Of a stretch of DNA of 64,000 nucleotides, positions 51,440 through 64,000 are shown one piece after another. The stretch is from positions 189,472,001 through 189,536,000 of the forward strand of contig JBITNC010000001.1 in the NCBI GenBank assembly GCA_050084985.1, read 5' to 3'. Source of the stretch: Nageia nagi (taxonomy: Eukaryota > Plantae > Pinophyta). Under the pieces are notes generated by a model that saw only the letters and a program-made list of their open reading frames with translations, ran no database searches and was not told the origin of the DNA. The translations under genes were made by a program, and so were the position numbers. Positions within the stretch are counted from its first letter, which is position 1. Every line of letters starts with the position of its first letter.

Positions 51440-54400
51440 TGTAGAGAGGGGACTTTTGATGGTGTCCTCATAGGTAATGGGCATATAACCACAAAAAAAT
51501 ATAATAGGTGGTAGTTCATAACCACCCCTAAAAGCCTTTTTTGGTCTAATGAAATTACCATAGTTGTTTTTCCCACAAGAAAGTGTTGTGGTTGATTTAC
51601 CCCCTTTGTTTGTATTATGTTTTTTTGTATTATGGTGAGAGGAAGATAAGAATATATAATGAGAGAACTTATCATTATCACTTGGAGAAGTTAGATCAAA
51701 TTAATATGAATCTCCTTGAAGATGAAGGATTTTGTAAATACCTCTTGAGTTAGAAATATAAGGAGGATGACTAGTCTATTCAAATAATGGAGCAAATGAG
51801 AGAACTAGATATGGTTACATACTCTATTCTAAAACCAAACTATGTTATTCATGCCCTTACTCAAATGGAACTTAGAGAAAAGGACTTATGGAAAATTAAT
51901 TTTGATGGAGCAAAGTGTAAAAAATGGTGTTGTATATGGTATTATTTTTCAATCACCATCTAAGACCTCAAAATGATTCTCCTAAATAATTCAATAAAGT
52001 ATTAAGCTCTTTTCCTTAGTGTATCAAAATAAATAAAAATGGAAATCAAGTGTTTTACATTCATTAATAACTATGAATTAGTGATTAACTAAGTTATTGA
52101 TAAAACTCACAAGAGTCTAGTGAGAGATCTTTGAGAAAACTTTCTTGCTTCGAATTTTTCAAGAAGTAAGAAGGTTTCATAACTCTTTGGCTAACCAATT
52201 GGCTTCTAAGGCTACAAATTATGGTATAGTTATCCATTATAAACCTAAAAAGAATTAAAATTGGTATTTATACCATCTATGCCAAATAATGATTATCATT
52301 GGTAGATCTTCGATACTAATGACTAGATCAATCAATTCATTTAGTACTTTATATACTCCTCATATGAGGAACCTACATTGGATGAGTTCTAGGATAAGGA
52401 TGTCATTTAGCTCAAGAATAATTTCATTCCAAGGGACCTCATTTATCTAGAAGAAGCTTTTGATAGAGAGGACAAATATAGAACTTCAACTCTACATAAG
52501 TAGTAAATAAATTATCAAGAAATTAAGATACTTCCTAATATAAGGTTAAAAATTGGAATTGATGTTGCACCTCATAAAATTTGGGATGTTACTTTGCTCT
52601 CAAAAGAATTTTAGGATGTAATTATATGGAATTATCATGATTCAAAATATATGATATAAATGTAATCCAACATTCAATCAAACTCAAAGAGGGAACTATC
52701 CCATTTAGATAAAGACAAAGAGTAGTTAATCCTAGAATTGAAACAATGATGAAGCAAGAGTTGATAAAGTTGTGGATATAGGGATAATATTTGTTATTGA
52801 AAACACTACTTGGGTATCCAATCTAGTACCAATCTGGAAGAAAAGAGATCTACTTGTGTTGATTTTAAAAATCTCAATCAAGAATCCTTGAAGGATCATT
52901 ATCTAGTTCCTCTCATGGACCAGATTCTGTAGATAGTAGCTAAACCAAAATACTTTTCATTGATTTATCCATTTTTAGGATTTAATTAGATATGGGTGAA
53001 GGATAGTGACTAGTATAAAATTGTATTTACTACTGATGTACTTTTTTTTTCAAAATAATGCCCTTTTTTCTATAAAATATTGGTGCTACCTTTCAAAGAG
53101 CAATAGATCATGCTTTTGGTCCATTAATCAACAAGATTATTTTGGTATATCTTGATGATATCACCTTTTTTTAAAAATACAGAAAATATCATTTGGGTTA
53201 CCTTAAAGCTATGTGAGAAGTATAGAACCTTCGGAATTTCTATAAATAAAAATTCAATATTTATTGTTAAAGAAGTTAAGTTTTTAAGGCATGTTGTTTC
53301 CAAATAATGGATGATTATTAAACTAGAAAGAGTTATAGGTATAAGAAACATCCCTTTTCCTTATAGCAAGAAAGTTCTCCAATAATTCCTATGTTATATT
53401 AGCTTTTTTAGGAATTTCATTCATGACTTTGCTCAAATCACCAGGCCAGTTTCATTCATGCTTAAGAAGTATGTGCCATTTTTGTGGAAGATTGAAGTAA
53501 GACAATAATTTAATGATTTTAAAGAAGTTATTTTGAGTGCTCCTATTTTGAATAATCCTAATTTTAATAAGAATTTTATCTTATATAATGTTGGATCATA
53601 CAAAAGTATAGCAACATTCCTTACTCAAAAGAATGATGATGAGTATGAACACCCAATGTCCTTTTATAGGAAAACCATATATGATGCAAAAATAAGATAC
53701 ACCTTTATGGAGAAATGGGTATTTGTAGTCATGAGAGCTATTAAAAGGTTTAGATATTTCCTTTCACATAATTGGATTCTAGTCTATATCAATCATCCGA
53801 ATGTCTAGAACTTCATAATTCAAAAAGAATATTATGGAGAAAAAGTTGGTTGGATCAATAAAATTCTTGAATTTAATATGGAGATAAGGCCTATATAGCA
53901 AGTTTGAGGTAGAATACTATGTGAAGACATTACCTCTACTTTAGATAATGATAGTGTTTCTACTTCGAATACTATGTAAGTATATTTTCATCAAAATGAT
54001 GAAGATAATGAAGTCAAGTCCAATTATAAAATTCCTTGGATTTTTTATCTTATCAAATATTTTAAGATTGGGATTTTTTCCTTTCATTTGATTGCTTTGC
54101 AAAAAAGGAGATTAAAAATTCAAGTAGCTAATTATATAGTGATTGGTAGTAAACTTTACAGAAGAAATTGTAATGGAGTTTTACTAACTTACATTCAACC
54201 TAATGATGTACCTAGTGTTCTAAAAGAGTTTCATTCAAATTTTTTTAGAGGTCACTATTATTTTACTAAAAAAAAATTCATACAAAAAAGGTTGGGTGGA
54301 GTTGAGCACATCCCGTGGAATACCACAACCACAAACTAACTACATAGTAGTTAGGAAATGATTACAAAACCATTGCATCAAAAAGAACACTCCAAAACAT

Positions 54401-55470
54401 AATAGCAACCACCAACAAACCCTCAAATTTATGTCACTATTATGGACAATCAATGATTGCAATGATAATTAAGGTAAGATACTATTGGCCTAGCATGTGA
54501 AAGGACTCACACCAAGTTGATAAATATTGTGATAAATGTTTAAGCTTTGTAGGAAGAAGAAGAAGTGTTGTATTCTCTCTAAAACCAGTGGTAATGGAGG
54601 GACCATTCCAACAATGGGGTCTAGCCTTCATAGGGGTGATAAATCCTACCTCATATATAGGTTAAAAGTTTATATTGACTACCACATATTACTTTACTAG
54701 ATGGATAGAGGTAATCCCTACCAAAAATGCTGATCAAAATACTATGATATCATTTCTATAAAAGCTAATCACCAGGTTTGGAATCCTAGCTCTAATTATC
54801 TCTAATAATGGTCTTGATTTCATAGGGAAAAAATTTATTGAGTTTTACATGAAGTATAATATAATATGGAATACTTATTCTAGTTATTATCCTCATGGGA
54901 ATGGGCTTGTTGAATCCACAAACAAGAATATCATCTAAAAGCTAAAGAGAGAAATGGAGGATAATCCAAGAGAGTGGCATATAAAGTTAGACTTTCCATT
55001 ATAGGTTGATAGGATTTATGTCAAAGAGTCCCTTAAGACTTCTCCCTACACCTTCATATATGAAAAAGGGGTTATTCTTATTAGACAATTAGAGATTCCT
55101 ACATTTGAGATCTTATTGGAAGATAAATTATGTTGCTCTAGTCCATAGCAGAATAGATATGTATAGTTGATCAAGCTAGAAGAGTAAAGAGATAAAGCAT
55201 TTGATAGCTTTTAGAAGATACAATCTATTTTTAAAACTTAGTTTGATAATAAGAAAGCTTCTCTTATTCAATTTAAAAAGGGAGACTTAGTTATAAAATG
55301 GAATGAAGAAAAATTAAAGCTTGGTAAGAACACAAAGTTTGAATTCTTGTGGGAGGGATTTTTTTCATAGATGAGTGTAAATAGTTCAATGCATACCACC
55401 TAGCCTAGATAAATCATCAAATTTTACCTATTCATGTTAATGGTTAGTACCTGAAACACTTTCCAAAGTA
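51440..55470 (+). pseudogene. pol: Ty3/gypsy Tat pol with order (PR)-aRH-RT-RH-INT (TatII-type)
   Basis: aRH WKINFDGA..NNSIKY*AL..ELVIN*V..LANQLASKA 51890-52215; RT WVSNLVP..CVDF.NLN..GATFQRA..YLDDI 52810-53162; RH 53530-53900; INT PFQQWGLAFIG..YFTRWIE..YYPHGNGLVESTNK..VNG*YLKHF. Confidence 0.93.
54262..54432 (-). mobile_element. 171-bp 5'-truncated LINE/SINE-like insertion in the integrase zinc-finger region
   Basis: Exact 11-bp direct repeats GTCACTATTAT at 54251-54261 and 54433-54443; minus strand GT-rich, ending TTTTTAGTAAAA. Confidence 0.75.
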
Positions 55471-55589
55471 GTAGTGACCATACAAATCAAAAATCTATAA
55501 ATCTATAAAATTATATATATTTCATCTTAATTTTTATCTATATACAAAGTTTGCATATTTATAATGCTTTCTACATGTATAGTATACTA

Positions 55590-58500
55590 TGAAAGGTCCA
55601 ATTTTCTTAGTAGCATATAAGGAAGATGTACCCTGAAGAAGACTTATCATGGAAATCATTATCTATGTATCCCGTATGGTATCTACATAATCCAAATTAA
55701 TATCCACATATCAAACTCATTATCTAGATATAAATTCAAGTCTTCCTTGTAAAGGAATGACCAAAAGCATAGAGTAGAGAAGTTTACATGTTTAGCATGC
55801 TATTTGAACTTATATTTAGATTGTCTTCAAGAGAAGGAAATACCAAAATGGAGGACCTAACATCATCATGATAAACTCCAAACCCCAATTTGAAGGTATA
55901 AAGGGTATTTTGAATACAAGTTATGCAATATATTCAAGTAGTGAAGGTAATCTACGATCTAAAGAGGTTGATATTATTCAAGAAAACTCCACACCCCAAT
56001 TTTTTTCGATTGAACTAAATAAAGTTACCAAGATATCAAGGTCAAATAAAGGGTATGCATTTAATTCCTATGTTAGGAACTAAATCTTGCCAACTTGCAT
56101 GCATTCAACTCACATCAATTTGAAGCTATTCAAATTGAAGATAATGTAGGTCCCAAGATAAACCATTATAACAAGCAAGTTATTATTAAATATTACACTT
56201 GAAGAGATGCTCACCATAAAAGGAGAACAAGAGCTTCAAATTTTTCATTATATGATTAAGTATTCGAAGCCAAGCTTCTAGAGCCACATTATGAGAATTC
56301 ATACTCCAGAGCTATTGCAAGAGCATCCTAAATTGTGCATACTCACAAGCTTTATTCTAATTAGAATCTTTAGTTTTCCAGTAAAGGTGTTAAGAGATGG
56401 AGGATTCTAAAGACACCCAATTGTATACCAAATCCATCACATAGCAAGATTCTTTTGTAACTCTTTAGAGAAGTAAAAGTTAGATGTATACAAATATGAA
56501 AGTGGAGAAAGCCTAGCCTAAAGGAAAGAATGGGGATTTAAAATTCATTGACACACATAAGAAAATCTAGGATACATAGCTACATAAACATGAAAGTAGC
56601 CCAAAGGTACCATGGAAGGTAAATGCCCTAAGTTTTCTTTTGACACATTTCAAGTTATTCCTCTACATTTTGGGCTAATGTATGTGACTCCTTTTAGAAT
56701 ACACCCTACACCAAAGTTGATTATTTCTATAGAGCCCTATCTATACCATTTCCATAGAGATTACATTAAGGATAATCAAAGTGTCCTTGAATTCTCTCCT
56801 TGTGAAATTGTAAATGCATTCCAATACTATGATTACAGTCAAGTAACCCAACCTTTCATTTTCAAAAAATAGATTGATTATTATAAGCCTTCCATTCTCA
56901 ATTTTCTCTAGACTATTATTTTTGGTGACATGAATGCTCTTCCTAAAGATTCTATGTATATTTGAATCTTTAATGATCATGCATATTTATTGTTCTCTAA
57001 TTTTTCTATACTCTTTAGCTATGACTCTAACAAGGAGGTAACAAAATAAGAAATGGCAACTGCAAATGCCATCTCTCATCCAAAATCCCCAAAATACTTT
57101 GATTATCCCTCCTTATTATTAGAACAAATTTCTAATGAATTCTAGAATTTGAAGGACTCTAAGACCTTTCCCCTATGTATCAATTATAGTATGGTTGTTC
57201 TTTTTTAAGAAATCAAATATTTTCACATACATCTCTACCCAAAAACTTGATTCAAAAGGGAACCCATTATCAGTTTGTCATTGGATAAAAAAGTTGAGCT
57301 CTTTTGCCTCATATTATAATTTTATTGGCAATTTAATTGGTCCTTCCCTCTCACTCTTAGAAGGATAGTAGATTTTATAGTTAAGAGATGAGGCTAAGGC
57401 TAAACTCTAGACACCTAATGTGGAGTTAGGTGATGTTTATTGTGATGGAATTGGTACATTATTTAGATTATATGAGTTTTTAAAGAAAGCATACTTGTTT
57501 CCCTATTTTGTATCAAATAGAGTATTTTCCATTGAATTTTATAGGCAATTACATGATACTAATGAAAATTTTGCATTTGGGAAAAAAAAAGACAAATGTT
57601 TACTCTAAAGTCTAGACTTTTGAGGGTTTTGTATTAAGAAGAAAGCATTAAGCCCCTCAATTGGAAAAAATTATTGGCAAGCTACATTTGATGCAAATCA
57701 ATGTAGTTTACCATTATGATTTGGATGGCATTATGATGGCTAGATTGAAAGAAAATAATCTTGGAAATCCTATAGCCTTCCATCCAAAGAGTGATGCTTA
57801 GTTTGAAAGTTATAGAAATCCACCTCTAGATGGTATCATCCCAAAAAAATTGTTAAAGTTATATGTTGATATAAAATATTTTGATGACCCATCCAACATA
57901 AGCTCCAAATAGAATACTTTCTATAATAAAGTTGAGGAATTTAATGAGACTCAGCATAAATTTGGGAAGGCCTTGGAAAAAGTAGTAAATAGAAAGAAGT
58001 GGAATAAGAATAAGCAGATGTACTTCCAAATTTATAGGGCTAAAAAAGGGAATTTGAATTATGTAAATGATGATGATGAATAGAAGAAATTGTACAATAA
58101 AGAGTATGGTTAGGATGACTCCATCTCAACAAGAAAATATGACTCTGATAATGATAAGTCTCCATAATAGGATATGAAGTAGAAAATAAAGAAGAGGAGG
58201 TATGAATAAATGATGTAGGGGTTAGAGCAAGAAGTGTAAAGACATCAATACTTCATAATCACCTTCATCTACTTCATCCTTAGCTTTAATAGTATCTTCT
58301 CTAAGAATGAAACAAGGAGTGTCCCATAAAACACCAAGATAGGTAAGGACTTATACTTCTACCCATGATCATTCTTCCACTTCCCCTTACATTACTTCAT
58401 CATCAAAATTCCTAGCATTTCCTCAATTTATTCTGCTCATTCCACTATCTTTAGCCCTATCGACTGCTTTGCATTCCCAACCACTTATAACTATGCATAC

Positions 58501-58724
58501 TACACCCTCTTATTTAGGTATTATTTGTCATAGTACCTCAACAAACTACTTTAAGGAGTAACTTTGTGTCTTACCAAGGCTAACAAGTTCCATTTTCTAC
58601 TTGTATTATTCAATTTACCCCCATGACTCAATTTCTTATTCCAGGAACTAAAGAGGTTTCTACCCCTATCTCCCACATTGACACCACCAAATTATATGCA
58701 TGGTATAATCTGTAGTCCTAGATC

Positions 58725-58797
<73 letters not shown>

Positions 58798-59880
58798 CTT
58801 GAGATTTTGACCTCTATACCTCCCTCTGTTATCATAAAAATAATAAAATGGGGCACAAGTATCCTACCCTAGCAAGATAGAAATAATCTAATATTTCAAT
58901 CAACATTTTTTGTTGTCTCTGATGTTACAAGGCTACAGATCCTATATTATAAGGAGGCTAAAAAAGGAAAGTGTTTGAAAACAAGGCTATAAGCCTCATA
59001 AATAAGGTTAAGGTCCTTAATAATTAAGTAAATTCCATCAATGAATCATTGAGCAAGGATCCTAATAAGGTAACTGTACAACAAAAGAACCAATAGATTA
59101 CCTAAACCATGGAATAAATTAAAAATAAAGATAAAGAAATTACTACAATAAATAAGGAGTTACAAAAAATAGAGACAAAGAAAGAAAATTTTAAGAAATG
59201 CTTATCTCAAATTGAAGTTGACTTAGTGAGTCATAATTAGTAGATATACCAAAAAGAAACCCTATTGATAAGGAAGGATGCAAAGCTCAAATTAAGAGAC
59301 TCTAAGATATTGAAAAGGGAAACTCAGATTCAAGGGAAAGATGCATAAATCAAGGCCAAGGACTCTAAATTGGAGCAATATTAGGTCAAAAAAGAAAATG
59401 AAATTTGAAAATCAATGAAAAGTTCTACAAAAAGACCTTAAAAAGGCTAAAGAGGTCGATGGTAAAACTACTTTTCATAAAGAAACCTAAGCTGACTTGA
59501 AGAGCAAGTTCTAGAGGAATATATTTAAATAAATGAAGAGCCTCTTCCCCATTGAAACTATATTACCTCCTATCAAAATGCCATAGATAAGGTTTCCACT
59601 AACTTATCTCAAACAAAAGCCTTGATTGATATAAGAAAAGATGATGCAAAGGTTGTTATTACAAATTTGGAGATCATCTCTAATAAAGATTTAGCCATGC
59701 AAAATTTGGGGTCCCATGAGAAGATCTTGGATATGGCCTCTTCCATAATGAAAATAGATGCATATGTTGAAGAGGGCTCAGCATATCAAACTACACTTAC
59801 ACAAGAGATTGCCCAATCATAGCCAAATTCTAAAAGCTCCAATTAAAGTGAATTCTAGACTTTTGGGGGGCTAATGGAAG
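55590..59880 (+). pseudogene. Degenerate additional ORF(s) downstream of integrase (acidic, Ser/Pro/Thr-rich and coiled-coil segments)
   Basis: Coding-like composition, e.g. GTLFRLYEFLKKAYLFPYFVSNRVFSIEFYRQL, K/E heptad-rich 58990-59540; no known domain recognised. Confidence 0.5.
58728..58794. repeat. (AT)n microsatellite
   Basis: About 33 perfect AT units. Confidence 0.98.
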
Positions 59881-60576
59881 CACATTAATAGAATAATAGA
59901 TCTAACAAAGTGTGAATATCTTGTTGAAATATGTCATTGAGTTTGATTTTTTTCCAAAGGTATTTGACCAAGATAAGTTTTTCTATTATTTTGTAAATAT
60001 GATGTTTATTTAATATTTTATTAAGGATTTGGCGAAGGAGCACAATAATATTTCCTTTACTATTGTAAATAGTATGATTATTGTACACAGGGATATGGCT
60101 AAATTATAAAAGTATAGTGGATCATATCAAGAATGGGATAATATGAAAGCCATTCTTCTTTAGGTCCAAACTAGGACTCAAGGCTAGTATAGACATTGCT
60201 TTTTCAAGCACTAGTCTAGGTTCTCAATTTTTTTTTACCAAAAATCCCCAAGAGCCACCAAAATGTAGATAACATTTTGTACATAGCATGATGGATATGA
60301 ATCAAAATACTATGCTTTATTGGGATCTTAATTTTATGTATGTTATGTTTTTATTTATGATTTCATTTATTTATTTAAACATATTTTATCTTTTTCAAAA
60401 TAATGGTCATTGCATATTTTAAATTAGAATTTATTTTCATGTTAAGGTTCTTATATCCCTTTCTACACTTGTTTTATGCATATTTAGACTGTATATTTCT
60501 TTTTCCACACTCATGTTTGTAAAGACTTAATATTTTCTAAGTATCTAAAGGCATATCTTCACAATGGAGGAGCAGA

Positions 60577-61727
60577 CGTTATCAAGACCAAGTATGAACC
60601 CTAGTTTGCAGGTGTAAAGCTACTTTTGCATATAAGTTACAAAGGAATGTATGGTCAAAATAAGGATAACATCATTAGAATAATTCTACACCCCAAACAA
60701 AATAATTAACTACTTCAAGAAAGGCAATCTATAATCCAAAACAAGATAAAATCATCAAGACCAAGTTTGAACCTTGTAGAAAGCATTTAAGTCCATTAAA
60801 AGATGAAAATTTGTAGTTTGGCTCAAGATTCCATCATCTTCTATAGAACACAATTGAAACCCTCAGCTAAGCCTCATATGTATGCAAATCTCATCATTTA
60901 AGTAGTAAATTGATTCTACAATGCAAGATAAAATCTACATCAACCTCAACCTAGTATTTATCAACAAATTCAACTTATCACCCTACGATTCAAGAAAAAT
61001 TACTATCAAGTAGTTGAATTACTAAGACATAATATTCTAAGGTGATTTATGGGATAGGAATCTAGGTATTTACTATCAGATTTGTAATTCTTCCAAGAAA
61101 TTGATCATAGTAAGGAGTTGAAAACTATCAGGCACTCTACAATAACTCCAAAGCAATCAAGGTCAAAGATAATTCCAATTGCATACACCTGGTTCAAATA
61201 CATCAAACCCTAGTCATGAAAAAATCATATCAGATAGTAAAAAGTAGTACTCTTACCCAATTGATTTATTTCTAATCACCTCAATACATGACTCAACATA
61301 TAGAGTGCAGCCATGGATTGAGAAGATTAAAGGCTTTTCTTTATTTTGAAAACTCTAGATCAATTTAATCATTCAAATATTAGATCCTAAATCATAGATA
61401 TATGTAAATATTTATTAGAAATATCTATATATTTCATTCTGCAATCAATGAGCTTTTACAACTCATATTTTATAATAAGTTTACTAGTTAAGAAAGCCAT
61501 ATTGGCTCTTATAAATATTTAATAGATTTTATAGATTTAATTTGTGCACTATTTTTTATCATCTTCACATGTTATAAGCACTTTATATCAAATTTGGTTA
61601 CTATTTTTATATTCCAATTTGATTGCATATTTTGGATGGTTAATGAGCATGTTCATTGATGTCTTGATTTGTGAATGAATGTGGAATTGAATGTTAAATT
61701 GGATAAACCCTAGAAAGGTACATTACA
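60577..61727 (+). mobile_element. Probable 3' LTR of the Tat element
   Basis: Purine tract AATGGAGGAGCAGA (60563-60576), then CGTTATC (TG mutated) ... GGTACATTACA; no second copy in the window. Confidence 0.45.
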
Positions 61728-62039
61728 ATGAAACATGTCACACGCTCCTTCATTCCATGGCCTATATTTAAAAAAAAAAAATTAGAAACAAATTATGGCA
61801 TGTGATATGAAATGATTTAAATACACCATATGATCCAAAACCTAGCTTGGAGAAGGAAACCAATTATTCAATTTAGAAACTTTCCAAGTGTTAAAATATA
61901 GTCCAAAAGTGGTAAGTTACCAAAACCATGCTTGTAATACTTAGTCAAACATATTTGAGAATAAATGTAGAGCATATTTAAATCATTTGAGAATAAATGT
62001 AGAGAATATAATTTGAATCTTATTATGCTTATATTTAAA

Positions 62040-63705
62040 TTTATCATCATTCTTCTTACTTTTTATTTTTCTTCAATTGCTTGATCCTCCCCAATTTTAT
62101 AGGATATTTTGTAACTTTTCCAATATTTCACTCTCAGTTAAACATAATGGTGCTTTACCCCACTCTTCCTTATTATTGAAATATGTTTTTTATGATGAAA
62201 TTGATGATCCATAGAAAGAAATATCTAATGGACCATATAAACATTCTTTTCATTGCATGGAAGTCATATCAAACAAGTGTTCTCCTCATATATTGGACAT
62301 GCAAAGAATCCATTTATCATACATCTTGATAGGTTTTCATAAGCAAGAAAATCATGAATGGCACATATTATTATTTCTCTCATATTGAATCTAGTTTTTT
62401 GAAATGTGTCATACATTTTGACTCCATCAGTCCATAGTTTGATCAAGTTAGCAACCAATAGTTATAAATAAATATAAATATTAATATTTGTTTGTTTGGG
62501 GCCATGTATTAACAAGCTAAGCATTGAATAATTCCTCTTCATCAAAATCCATGATGGAAGGTTATATGTGACCAACATAACAAGCCAATAACTATAGCAA
62601 GAACTAAATTCGACAAAAGGGTTTAACCCAAATAGTTACCATTTATATTCATACATTACATGGATCTTTAGAAATATTTAACCACATAGAGTCTATCTTC
62701 TTCCATGTAAGAGAGTTGACTAGATGTCACATATTACCATCAAGACTCTTATGCTATGAATACCACCTCATATTCTTCACAACCTCTTCAAAGCTACAAG
62801 AAGAAAGTAACTCATTTCAACCATATCTAACAATGTTAAGAGAAATAAACATAACAAAGCTATTTATATAATAAAATTGTTTACTTATAAATTCTTTACA
62901 ACCTCTCTAAAATGGAGAAATATCTCAACACCTTCTTAGGAACCTTATTATTTTGTTTGTTTTTCAAATGATGATCAAATTTCCAATGTGCCTCACCACA
63001 TTTTGGGCAAGCTTGAAGATTTTCATATTCTTTTCAATATAAAATACAATTATTTTTGTATGCATGTATAATTACATAATCTAATCCCAATGGCTTTAGC
63101 ATTTTCTTTGTTTCATATGAGGACTCTTGAATTGTATTACTAATTGGAAGCATATCTCTTAGCAATTCTAATAAATTTCCAAAGCTTTTGTATGACCAAC
63201 CATGTTTACCTTTGAGATAATCTAAATTAGCTATTTTTTATAATGTTATGTACTTTTTACAACCTAGGTATAATGGTTGTTTATTGTAATCTTGGACCAA
63301 CCTACAGAATTCATTAGGAGCATATTCAAACTTTATATCATTATCTTGTAGTTCTTATGCACTCTCTAAGCAATTTATATTTTCCATTCCAATGATATCA
63401 TCTTGTATACTTTTGATATTTGGATCCTCATCCATGGTGATGTATGTGTTTGATGCTTTTTTTTCATAAGTATATGTTTCTTCTCCATGCAAATAAAAAA
63501 TGTTATATTTATTATCAAATCCATGTCAAAATAAGTGCTCACGAACCTTTTCAAAAGCAAGAGTTTCCATATTTTGGCACCTCTAATATGGACATCTAAT
63601 TCTTTTAGGATCTATCAAATTAGTTTTTGTAAATGTAGTGAATTTGTAAATCCCATGAAAATATTGCTTATTATTTCTAGCTGCATGTAACCATGCTTTT
63701 TCCAT
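62040..63705 (-). pseudogene. tnp2: CACTA Tnp2 pseudogene with N-terminal transposase-associated domain
   Basis: MEKAWLHAARNNKQYFHGI..CPY*RCQN..VREHLF*HGF..LHGE; LKPLGLDYVIIHAY.NNCILY..CPKCGEAHW; VTYNLPSW..LSLLIHGPKQ; LWTDGVKMYD..AIHDFLAYENLS..ACPIY. Confidence 0.95.
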
Positions 63706-64000
63706 AATGCTTAACAAAAAATCTCCTTAAAATTGACCACTTCATAGATAAAGGTGAAAATTAAAGTTGATCCATTCCAAAATAAATAACTTTTTTTCTA
63801 CATAAACTTATGTCTCTATGAGGTCATTATATAAAAAAAAATAGAGTGTATTATCTATCATTGAAGGTACTGATAATATTAAACTATTTGATCTAATGAA
63901 GAATTTGGATTCAATGCATACACTAATAGAATGGAAAGCAAATCATATGCTCTTATTGAGCATAACTTGCTTTGCATGATTCAAACATATTCATGATCTA

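Overview
AT-rich, strongly CpG/CHG-depleted plant nuclear DNA, most likely gymnosperm (inferred from a Ty3/gypsy Tat pol with the extra RNase H before RT and from PLS-class PPR relics). I see no intact host gene; the window is a nest of decayed transposons. (1) 1-17250: two related minus-strand Tat-like LTR elements with tRNA-Trp PBS, gag but no visible pol, and antisense Plant Mobile Domain (PMD) ORFs, plus a third PMD relic. (2) 17571-27745: a complete non-autonomous LTR element with ~4.3-kb LTRs, a 1.5-kb core and a TTATG TSD, inserted in a copia relic. Its 5' LTR keeps ~29 CpG over 1.3 kb where the 3' LTR keeps ~2. (3) ~30.5-51 kb: a CACTA-associated region with shuffled PPR fragments, telomere-like arrays and a degenerate, apparently spliced SET-domain gene directly upstream of a Tnp2 transposase. 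This is the most striking find. (4) 51.4-61.7 kb: a TatII-type gypsy element with extra 3' ORFs and a small LINE-like insert. (5) 62-63.7 kb: a second CACTA Tnp2 on the minus strand. Protein calls come from manual translation across stops and frameshifts; boundaries are approximate unless termini or TSDs are quoted.
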